From a virus, in IMG/VR virus record IMGVR_UViG_3300046170_000478, positions 30,028 through 94,027 of that record: 64,000 nt of DNA; one strand, given 5' to 3'. Every line of letters begins with the position of its first letter. The first letter of the stretch is position 1. The notes beneath the pieces are model-generated. The model was not told the DNA's origin, did no database searches, and saw nothing but the letters and a program-made list of their open reading frames with translations. Positions 10,166 to 19,000 of this stretch are shown piece after piece. The translations under genes and the position numbers were made by a program.

Positions 10166-10807
10166 TGGCAAAAAAGAATTTCATGAGGGTTTCAAAGCCC
10201 GTGGTGACTATAGACGCCAAAGAACTACTAAGAGAGCTTACCGCAGATAGCCCGAATAGTAAATCTATGGCGATGGCTATTCGGCAGGTTATCGCTCCAA
10301 AAATAGAGGATAGGCAGAAAGACCTACAAAAAGAATTTAAAGTACACCCAATCACAGTTGAATTAGATGCTGGTCCGACTGCGTCTAATACTAGTGGAAG
10401 CTTGGGAGGATACGGTAACCTTTTTTCTTTTATAGGTTTCTCAGGAGGAGATAACCCAACGGAAATTATATCTGAGATTTTCAGACAAAAGATTAGGTTT
10501 ACGGTACGGAGAAGAAATAACAAAGGGCAATACAATGTTACTTTTTTATATACCCTCTACAGATGACATATATAATTTGACTCCGATCCCTTGGATGACA
10601 GGAAAGAGTTGGGCGAAAAGCGTTGAAGAGGGAGGTATAACAAACTTAGGGCAGTTTCTATACAGCTCTACTGGTTTTGGGCAATCTTCTTCTGGTACGG
10701 GTATACAGGTCAAAAATAGATCTTCTGGTGTAAAGTTTACTAGGACTCCGTATATCGGGCAGTTAATAGAGAATTTTAAAAAGAATTTGTTAAGGTTAGA
10801 TAGATGA
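10165..10807 (+). CDS. neck/tail-completion protein, split by a 1-nt frameshift at T6 run 10542-10547
   Basis: ORFs 10165..10566 and 10535..10807 join into one frame (...YNVTFYIPSTDD...) if one T is removed. Confidence 0.55.
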
Positions 10808-11688
10808 AAGCACAATTTGATCAGAATATTTTATCCAGTTTTTACCTATGGTTTGAAAATCGCTTGTTGAGCGATTCTGCTAAGGCTTATAAAATAGATT
10901 TAGATAATGCTTTTGTATCAGGATCTTTTTCTGATATACCGTCAACTCATATAGGATTTCAAGGCAAGTACCGATCTCTTGTAGGCGAATATGGCGTTGA
11001 TAATCCAAACTCAGGTTTTTTCTTAGGGAATGATTTCATTACAGGCGATTATGACGAAAATGGAGGTATTTTTACAGATTACGAAAATGGTAGACTTATT
11101 TTCCCGCAAGCGTCTGGTGCAGAGATAGCAAGCAATGCTTTGACGGCAAATTCTACAGTAAAAGAAGTAAATACCTATATCACAAATGATACTGATGCTC
11201 AAATCATCATTCATTCTGATTTTAAAGATAGCGCTACAGAGTTGCCTTATCAGTATGGTAAAACGGGAGAGTTTGATGAGACCACTTACTTTTTGCCAGC
11301 ATGTTTCATATCTGTAGCTTCTTCAGATAACAAGGAGTTTTCTTTCGGCGGAGAGGAAGACACTACTACTAGAATCAGAGTTATGGTATTATCCTTTGAT
11401 AATTATACTCTAGATTCTGTTCTGTCTTTATTCAGAGACTCTGTCAGAAAAGACATGACTCATGTCCCATATGAAGATTTCCCATACGGTTTCTCTTTTT
11501 CAATTAAAGATTTCCCTTATAATTATAATAATTTAATCTCAGGACAATCAGACCCTGTGAAGTCTCATATCAAGGATGTTTCAGTCTCAAAAATTGTGTC
11601 AGAAAGAATTAGGGAGAATTTAAATAAGAACATTTCAATTGGATATATCGATTTTGAATTATGTACTTATCGTTTCCCCAGAGCTTAA
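10804..11688 (+). CDS. tail terminator/neck protein (putative)
   Basis: Directly upstream of the tail tube. LPACFIS...FSFGG...RIRVMVLS...GYIDFEL pattern. Confidence 0.5.
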   Translation: MKAQFDQNILSSFYLWFENRLLSDSAKAYKIDLDNAFVSGSFSDIPSTHIGFQGKYRSLVGEYGVDNPNSGFFLGNDFITGDYDENGGIFTDYENGRLIFPQASGAEIASNALTANSTVKEVNTYITNDTDAQIIIHSDFKDSATELPYQYGKTGEFDETTYFLPACFISVASSDNKEFSFGGEEDTTTRIRVMVLSFDNYTLDSVLSLFRDSVRKDMTHVPYEDFPYGFSFSIKDFPYNYNNLISGQSDPVKSHIKDVSVSKIVSERIRENLNKNISIGYIDFELCTYRFPRA

Positions 11689-11692
11689 ATTG

Positions 11693-11708
11693 GTGTAAGA
11701 AGGTGTAA
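11693..11708 (+). promoter_or_regulatory. tandem GTGTAA late-promoter elements (tail tube)
   Basis: GTGTAA at 11693 and at 11703, 10 bp apart. Confidence 0.55.
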
Positions 11709-11735
11709 ACCTTTACATTTTTAACTTAAAATCTT

Positions 11736-13019
11736 ATGGCTTCTAGAACTAGAATAATTTCACAAAGCAAGGCTGTTTATGTATCCCCTACTGGTACACT
11801 CGGTGGGCTTACCACCCCTGAAAAGGCAGTTACTGGGGTTATGCCTCAACAATTACACCGTGTAGATACTTTATCTTTTGATGTTGATATCGCTGGAGGG
11901 CGACAGGACATTAGAGAGTTTGGTCAATTGGCACGAATCGGAACAATCACTTTGGGTGATCTAAACCCATCTTTTTCTCTGGGTTATTACCTTGGAAATG
12001 GAGAAAACGAGGGTAATTTGGGATTCAATGGTCTTGGTAGAAGCGCTGTAGATGGTTCTTTGCAAGATCAATTTATTTCTGGGATTCTTGCTGAAGATCC
12101 CGCTAAAAGAGAAAAGAATCTTTTCATATTGACTGTTAAAGAGGGTGAGGATGCTTTTGCATCTACGAGTTCATTTAACGATAACCCAACTGGGAGATTT
12201 ACCACTGCTGAAAGAGCGGGCCATGATGTTGTTTCTCTCGGAAACTGCAACTTTGAAAGTTATACTGTTAACTTTGCTGTTGGAGAGATCCCTAGGGTAG
12301 ATATTGATGGAACCGCAGAAAACATTACTTTTGATACTACCAGTTCTGGCCTTTATAACCCATCTTTGAACAAGGCGGGAGGACGAGCTGACACAGGACA
12401 ATTCATGTTAGGAACTCCTAGTACAGGTAATATGGACGTTCTTGTTCTTCGTCCAGAAGACGTAAGTTTAGCCTTCTCAAAAGAAGAATTCTCATTTGGT
12501 GGAACAGATCTTGGAGATATGCATGTGCAAAGCGCCTCAATTGAAGTCCCTCTTTCTAGGACTCCCATTGAAGCTCTAGGATCAGCTAAAGCTGTTGCTA
12601 AACCTTTGGATTTCCCAATCAATGTAACTATGTCAGTTAGTGCGTTGCTAAAGAATATCCACTCAGGTCAAATCGACAAAATCTTGACTGGAAATGCTGG
12701 AAACGAAACCACGAACATCACCCTTACTGTTAAGGGCGATGATGGAAAAACCAAGCATCAATACACTATGCAGAAGGCAGTGATGGATTCACAAGGATTC
12801 TCCCAAGGCTTAGATGATAACGAATCAATTGAATTGACATTCTCCACTCAGATTGGAGGAATAAATCAAACTGATCAGGGATTGTTCTACTCTGGTGTTA
12901 ATGCAAGTCAACCTGATGTATATAGTAGTACTGCTACTCAGAAATTTGGAGATGGATTCATGTATAAAAAGAACAATGCGATATCACCATACTCCTTGGA
13001 AGACGGAGCTGGGTCTTAA
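11736..13019 (+). CDS. major tail tube protein
   Basis: Own promoter and terminator. Two tube-like halves: RQDIREFGQ and SRTPIEALGS. Confidence 0.7.
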   Translation: MASRTRIISQSKAVYVSPTGTLGGLTTPEKAVTGVMPQQLHRVDTLSFDVDIAGGRQDIREFGQLARIGTITLGDLNPSFSLGYYLGNGENEGNLGFNGLGRSAVDGSLQDQFISGILAEDPAKREKNLFILTVKEGEDAFASTSSFNDNPTGRFTTAERAGHDVVSLGNCNFESYTVNFAVGEIPRVDIDGTAENITFDTTSSGLYNPSLNKAGGRADTGQFMLGTPSTGNMDVLVLRPEDVSLAFSKEEFSFGGTDLGDMHVQSASIEVPLSRTPIEALGSAKAVAKPLDFPINVTMSVSALLKNIHSGQIDKILTGNAGNETTNITLTVKGDDGKTKHQYTMQKAVMDSQGFSQGLDDNESIELTFSTQIGGINQTDQGLFYSGVNASQPDVYSSTATQKFGDGFMYKKNNAISPYSLEDGAGS

Positions 13020-13037
13020 TATAACTATTATATCTAG

Positions 13038-13068
13038 AAAAAGCCTCGCAGGAATGCGGGGCTTTTTT
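13038..13068 (+). terminator. intrinsic terminator after tail tube gene
   Basis: AAAAAGCCTCGCA-GGAA-TGCGGGGCTTTTTT. Confidence 0.85.
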
Positions 13069-13074
13069 GTGTAA
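13069..13074 (+). promoter_or_regulatory. GTGTAA late-promoter element
   Basis: 8 nt before ATG 13083, immediately after the terminator. Confidence 0.6.
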
Positions 13075-13082
13075 ACTACTAT

Positions 13083-13928
13083 ATGCCAGATAGGATTCAT
13101 GCTAGTGATGTTCAGCTTTTTGTAGATGATCAGCGGATTCCTTCTGTAACCTCTCTATCTATTTCATCTCCTAAGAGTGTTGTTGATATCCAAAGATTAG
13201 GAGCTTCCCACTCTGTAGACAGAATATTAACCTCTAACCAATCTACCACATTAACCTATGACGTTAATTTAACAACTGGAGCTACTGGAATTGACCCTAT
13301 TTACAGCTACCAAAATATGAAGTCAGGTTTTTTGTCTACTGGCTTTTTTGAATTTAAAGCAAAGGACTCTGTTGGTGTGACCACTATTTCTGGAGCATCT
13401 TTAACATCTTATTCTATTAATGGATCTGTGGGGGATATTGTTAAGGGATCTTCTTCTTACGAGGGAGATGGAGCTATTTTTACTGACGCTGGAGCTTTAA
13501 CAAGTGAATCTAACGATATATTTGACGGTTTCTTTAGACCTGAAGATATCGAGATCTCCACATCTTCTAACGGCGACGAAGGAATAGATTCTACTAGTTT
13601 GAATATACAAGATTTTTCTATATCAGTTTCTCTTCAAAAGACTCCTGTAACTAGGTTGGGTACTAGAGTCCCTCAATACAGATATCCTCAGATGCCAGCT
13701 CAGGGAAATCTTAATTTCAATGTTTTAAAGACAGATGTTACTGGAATTAATATTTCCAGTCTAGTTTGCGAAAGCGGGGTGATTACTATCGACTTAAAAG
13801 GTAGAGACAATGAATCTATTTTAGATTTTACTACAAGTGGCTGTTGTTTAGAATCTGTTGAGGAATCGACTTCTCTAGACGATAATACTTCTGTAAGCTT
13901 CTCTTACTATTTCCCAATAATAAAATGA
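13083..13928 (+). CDS. minor tail tube paralogue
   Basis: Aligns by eye to 11736..13019: VVDIQRLG vs RQDIREFG, and IQDFSISVSLQKTPVTRLG vs VQSASIEVPLSRTPIEALG. Confidence 0.6.
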   Translation: MPDRIHASDVQLFVDDQRIPSVTSLSISSPKSVVDIQRLGASHSVDRILTSNQSTTLTYDVNLTTGATGIDPIYSYQNMKSGFLSTGFFEFKAKDSVGVTTISGASLTSYSINGSVGDIVKGSSSYEGDGAIFTDAGALTSESNDIFDGFFRPEDIEISTSSNGDEGIDSTSLNIQDFSISVSLQKTPVTRLGTRVPQYRYPQMPAQGNLNFNVLKTDVTGINISSLVCESGVITIDLKGRDNESILDFTTSGCCLESVEESTSLDDNTSVSFSYYFPIIK

Positions 13929-14326
13929 TTACTAGCGGAAACCTACCAAATTATAAAAATTGTATCTACAATGTAGATGTAACGATTGATTCTCCCATCA
14001 GTGGTTTTGAGTTTTCCATTATGGAGACAGGGATAGACGGAGGTTTTAAAACAGCTAACTTAATGACGTTTTCTGGAGCGGAAGGTTATATATTTGACCA
14101 AAGTGGCAACTTTTTTGGAGGGTATAGAAGTGGCGTCCCCTTTGACCTTGAAATACATCATGATTTTTTAAACTCCACATTTTCTTATTACAAAGATAAT
14201 ATTTTAATAGCTAATGGATTAGATGTGACGGGAGATAGTATTTTGAATGGAAGGCCAAATCTAGTTATGTTCACTAAACATGGGGAATCGGTACTTTCTT
14301 TAGAGGCCACAGGTTGTATAAGTTGA
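13925..14326 (+). CDS. small beta-rich virion protein (putative)
   Basis: ATGA overlap with the previous gene. About 8 [ST]G dipeptides in 133 aa. Confidence 0.45.
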   Translation: MITSGNLPNYKNCIYNVDVTIDSPISGFEFSIMETGIDGGFKTANLMTFSGAEGYIFDQSGNFFGGYRSGVPFDLEIHHDFLNSTFSYYKDNILIANGLDVTGDSILNGRPNLVMFTKHGESVLSLEATGCIS

Positions 14327-14350
14327 TTTTTTTCTGTATATTTATATAAT
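14323..14350 (+). promoter_or_regulatory. sigma70-type promoter, leaderless
   Basis: TTGATT-N16-TATAAT, ending 7 nt before ATG 14358. Confidence 0.6.
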
Positions 14351-14357
14351 AATATAC

Positions 14358-15170
14358 ATGAAAGAGCTATACTCGTTTGATGTAAAGAGAACCATTGAGA
14401 AAGAGGTTCCTCATGTCAAAAAAACTAAAAATGGTCCAGTTGAAACTACTAAAAAAGTAAAAAACACCATTAAGAATAGAATTGTTTTTCGGAAGCCATC
14501 TATTCTAGACCTTGAAGACGCCGAGTTCTTCTACGGGCAGAAATACAACGAATATATTAACGCTGGATTTTTAACTAAAGCTATGCTGTCTAAGAAACTT
14601 GGAGACATGGGTGGGCTTACTTCTAAAACGTCCCAAGAAGCCATGAACCAGATTATCATTGATAATATGGAATCCTCAAGAACGATTGAATTTTTTGCTG
14701 GTGCAAAAGATTTGTCTGAAGAGCAAGAAGAGCAGTTAGAAGAAGCTAAAAAACTGTTTACGCACACTAAAGTTCAACTACATGAATACGAAACTTCTCT
14801 AAGGTCTCAATTCAGTCAAACTGCAGACTCAAAAGCTGAGATTAAGGTTATTGAGTGGCTGGTGTTGAATTTCTCTTATTTTGAAGATAGTGTAAGTGAC
14901 AAGAAAGATTTGTTTGAGATTTTTGAAGGAGATGAATTTGAGCAAAAGCGCATGTTCTTGATTAGACTACAAGAAGCTGAAGACGAAGACATTGAAGACG
15001 CTACATTCTTAAGAGCCAAAAAGATTTACGACGAGTGTTTTGAGAAGCTTATTAGGGTTGCTAGCATTTGGTATAATAAAATGGGCAATGATCAGAAATC
15101 AATTGATGAAGCTCTAAAAGACCTGTTTGAACCTGAAGCAGAAGCTTTAGATGAACAACAAGGAGAATAA
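14358..15170 (+). CDS. tail assembly chaperone (putative)
   Basis: Charged helical protein between the tube and tape measure genes. Confidence 0.45.
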   Translation: MKELYSFDVKRTIEKEVPHVKKTKNGPVETTKKVKNTIKNRIVFRKPSILDLEDAEFFYGQKYNEYINAGFLTKAMLSKKLGDMGGLTSKTSQEAMNQIIIDNMESSRTIEFFAGAKDLSEEQEEQLEEAKKLFTHTKVQLHEYETSLRSQFSQTADSKAEIKVIEWLVLNFSYFEDSVSDKKDLFEIFEGDEFEQKRMFLIRLQEAEDEDIEDATFLRAKKIYDECFEKLIRVASIWYNKMGNDQKSIDEALKDLFEPEAEALDEQQGE

Positions 15171-16020
15171 ATATTCTATTGACTTATTAGACATAGTTCG
15201 TGGATACAGTGTTTTAACAAGTTCTGATAGTCAATGCTATTTTAAGCACTTTACGGTGCTTGAACTTCTTGAATTAGATAACCTTCAAGAAATTGATATT
15301 AGTCGATCTATAAAATCAGGCATTAAGACCGAGAAAGACCTAGTTGAGACTGCTATTAAAAGAAAGTCTTGGTCAGTGCAGAAAGAGGACAAAATAAAGT
15401 CCTTAGAGTGGACTATAAAAAAATCACTTACAGCTTTCGGCAAGATTGAAGATCCCAAACAAAAGGAAATATTCAAGAGGCAGATAGATAGCCAAGAAGA
15501 CGAACTCAAAGAAATCAGGGTTAAAAGAGCCAATATAACTTCTTATAGTGCGGAGCACTTATCTGAAGTGAAAAGAGTTAAGAGGATGTTTAAACAGTCT
15601 ATTTTTATGGATTTAGATTTTACAGAATCTCCAACCCAAGATCAAGAGCTTGTTTTTACTACAGCGATGTTCTCTAGGTATGGGGAACTCAATAATCGAG
15701 AATCAATATTAAAAGCATCTTATTTTGGTGGGTTTTTTGATTTATTCTCTGCTCAAGATGGAAATCCTTTAACTCTCTTGGGCAAGACATTTGAGGATAT
15801 AACAAATTTCCAAAAGTATCTAATTGTAGTCTCTAATGGGTTATTAAATAAGATTAAAAATACAAGAATACCCGAAGAAATTTATGGAGACCCAGTAAGA
15901 ATGATGAATTACGAGGAGAAAGAAGAGAAGGATACAAAGGTTTCTCATGGTCTAGATGATCTAAGACGTAAATCTCAAGTAAGAGGGGGAGAACTTAAAG
16001 CAGAGGACTTTTTAAGCTGA
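15151..16020 (+). CDS. second tail assembly chaperone (putative)
   Basis: Immediately upstream of the tape measure. Helical and charged. Confidence 0.4.
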   Translation: MNNKENKYSIDLLDIVRGYSVLTSSDSQCYFKHFTVLELLELDNLQEIDISRSIKSGIKTEKDLVETAIKRKSWSVQKEDKIKSLEWTIKKSLTAFGKIEDPKQKEIFKRQIDSQEDELKEIRVKRANITSYSAEHLSEVKRVKRMFKQSIFMDLDFTESPTQDQELVFTTAMFSRYGELNNRESILKASYFGGFFDLFSAQDGNPLTLLGKTFEDITNFQKYLIVVSNGLLNKIKNTRIPEEIYGDPVRMMNYEEKEEKDTKVSHGLDDLRRKSQVRGGELKAEDFLS

Positions 16021-16023
16021 TAG

Positions 16024-16036
16024 GTGTAAATTACAC
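16024..16036 (+). promoter_or_regulatory. GTGTAA late element within palindrome GTGTAA-A-TTACAC
   Basis: GTGTAA ends 10 nt before the tape measure ATG 16040. Confidence 0.55.
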
Positions 16037-16039
16037 TAT

Positions 16040-19000
16040 ATGGCTACCAGTCTAAATGCATCCCTAAATGTCTCTCTAAACCCGCAGAGCCTGAATGCTT
16101 CTACGAAGCAGGTTCAACAAGCTTTAGGGAGAATCACGGGACAAGCTTCGGAGTTCCAGAAATCTCTGGATGCTTCCACTGCTCGTGTCTTTGCATTTGG
16201 AGCTACTACCGCCGTTCTAAACGGAGTAACTCAATCTTTTAAAAAATTAGTTTCTTCAACTATTGAAGTAGAAAAACGATTAATTGAAATAAACTCTATT
16301 TTTCAAGCTACTGACGCGACATTTAATAAATTTAGGAATTCAATATTTAAGGTTGCAAAAGAAACTGGCCAATCATTTGCGACCGTTGCAGATGGTGCTG
16401 CTGAATTAGCTAGACAAGGTCTAAGCGCAGAAGAGACCGCTAAAAGACTAAAAGCGTCTTTAGTCCTAACGAGAATCTCTGGATTAGATGCAGAGAAATC
16501 TGTCAAAGCCCTCACTGCTGCGATTAACGGTTTCGCATCCGCTGGATTAAACGCAAATCAAATCGTCAATAAACTGGTTGCTGTTGACACGGCTTTCGCT
16601 GTATCTGCTCAGGATTTGGCAGAGGCATTTAGTCGTGCTGGATCTACAGCGGAGGATGCTGGGGTTAGTTTTGATCAGCTTTTGGGGCTTGTCACAGCTG
16701 TAGAACAAAAGACCGCTAGGGGAGGAGCAGTTATTGGTAACGCATTTAAATCTATTTTTACTAGAATATCTAGGGGCAGTACAATTGATAAACTTAAAGA
16801 GTTGGGGGTTGAAATTGATGCGACTCAAACAGGAATTCAAAAACTCAATGCTTTATCTGTAGCTTTGCAGAATGTCTCCGATCCAACTGTAGCTTCTCAA
16901 ATCAAAGAACTCGCAGGTGGCGTCTTTCAAATTAACGTTGTTAGTGCTGCTTTAAAAGACTTGGGTTCTGATACTTCTATATTTGCCAGTGCAGCGAGAA
17001 CAGCCTCTCAAGCCACAAATGAAGCTTTTGAAAAAAATGCAGAGTTAAGTAAATCAATATCATCTCAAATAAATGTACTTGTTCAGGGTTTAACTAGTCT
17101 TTCTGAAAAGATAGGGACAATTACTTTTGGGCCTCTTCTAAAAAACCTAATTGGTTTAGCTAATAAGTTTACGGAGTTTTTGGATAATGCTCTTGATCCA
17201 GAGAAGGGTAATACGTTTATTAAAGGATTATTTAAAGCCATAGGTAGTTTCTTGAGTGGCCCCGCTGTAGTCATCTTTACAGCAGCTTTTGTTAAGATTT
17301 TCAAATTAGTCGCTAGGTTCGCTGGAGACGGATTAAAATCCTTGTTCGCGATTGGAACCCAGACAGAGAGGATTAAAAATATTGAAGGAGGGATCGTCGG
17401 TTTGCTGCAAAAGGATGAAAGCCTTAGGAATGCAATTACAAGCTCGACAATAACTCAAGCTCAAAAGGAACAATTAGTTTTAAATGCTATAAGGAGCGAA
17501 AATAAACTTTTGGAGCGACAAGCCCAGTTAGTGAGGCAAATTGCGACCTCTGCTGCCGCAAAAGGTGTGACTGGGTTTAGTGCTACTTCTGGGACTTTTA
17601 AGGGTCGGCGGGGCAAGCGTTATGCTTCTGGATTCATGGAGGAAGAGGCTACCGCTAGAATGCTTGGCGCTCCTGATAATGTGCAAGCTCATTTCGGTAA
17701 GGGAACTATTGGTGGACGTAGATTTGTCATGAATGACAATGAGGTAGAGATACCTAATTTTGCAGGAGGAAATTCTGCTGTTATCCCCATGTATGCTGGA
17801 GGAAATCTACCCAAATATAACAGGGGGTTTTTATCTCCACTCAAAAATAGGACAGATATAACAACTAGGCAACAAGCTATAGATGCTGGATATAGTGGAG
17901 CTGCTGCCAGTAGTAGATTCGGAGCAGCCCCGAAGGTTGCGCCTACTCAAAAAATGGAGGATGTAATTCAAGTTAATCCTACTGGATCAGCTATGCTTGT
18001 TCCGAATATAGGTAAAACTTCTAGAATAAATAAGGGGACTAGAGGTAGATTTAAATTCAAGGGCAAGAACATGGGGTTTGAATACGGGGCGGGATTGGGT
18101 GTTTATGGACCCAAGGTTCCAGAAACTGTTGATGGAGCAGCCAACCCTCAAGACGAAAGACTGAGGAAGAATATAACAAGAGGGGTTACTACAAGTGCAG
18201 CAAACTATGCTGGATCGTTAAATCCTATTCTAGGTAAGCCTAAACCATCTCAAATTAGCAAAATGCTACAAAGACAGGGTGGTGGTAAAGGAGCACTCAG
18301 AGGAGTTGTTGGCGCGGCATTTGAAGCTGCTGTTAATGTTGGATTAGGAATAAGTCCAGCCCGAAAGGTAGATGGTGGAGATTTTGATATTAAGGGGGTT
18401 AGTGGAGAGAAACGCAAAGATGTTAACACCATGTTTGGAGTTAAAAACCAAGCAACAAACCTGTATGATTATAAGGAGAATGCTGGAAAGAATAGTTATT
18501 CTAGTTTTGCTAAAAAATTAGCTAACCAAGGGAGATACACTACTGTTAAGAGGCCCAAGTTTTCTAAGAAAGGTTTTGCTGGAGGATATATGCCTAAGTT
18601 TGCTAAAGGGGCTACTGGTGGAGGCGGTGGAGGCGGCGGATTGATGATCGGTCTTTTCGCACTACAAGGAGTTTTAGGAGGTGTTACATCAAGTTACGAA
18701 CAGAATAAAAGTGCTGTAGAGGCAGATACTGAAGAAAAAATACAAGCTCTGAAACAGTCTAAAAAGAGCTATAAAGAAATAAGCTCTGGGATAAAAGCGC
18801 TTAAAGAAGAGGGTAAAGCTAGGGGAGAAGCCAAGACTGCTATGGAGGTTCTAGCAGAAAAAGCTATGTTGGCGGCGAACGCATTAATAACTTTAAGCAC
18901 CTTGAATATGGTTACTGGAGGAGGGTTAGGTAAGGCTGGAAGTTTTTTGATGGGTAAAGGTGGAAAAGCCGCAAAGTTGACTCAAGCTCAGAATAAGGCT

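Noticed and set aside
10535-10566. Programmed frameshift in the neck gene at the T6 run
   Set aside because: It needs a +1 shift in a homopolymer of a probably essential gene. A second single-base homopolymer insertion at 63771 suggests sequencing error. Raw reads would settle it.
15100-15170. lambda G/GT-type -1 frameshift between the tail chaperones
   Set aside because: No slippery heptamer was seen, the second ORF is in the +1 frame, and an in-frame TAG sits directly before its ATG.
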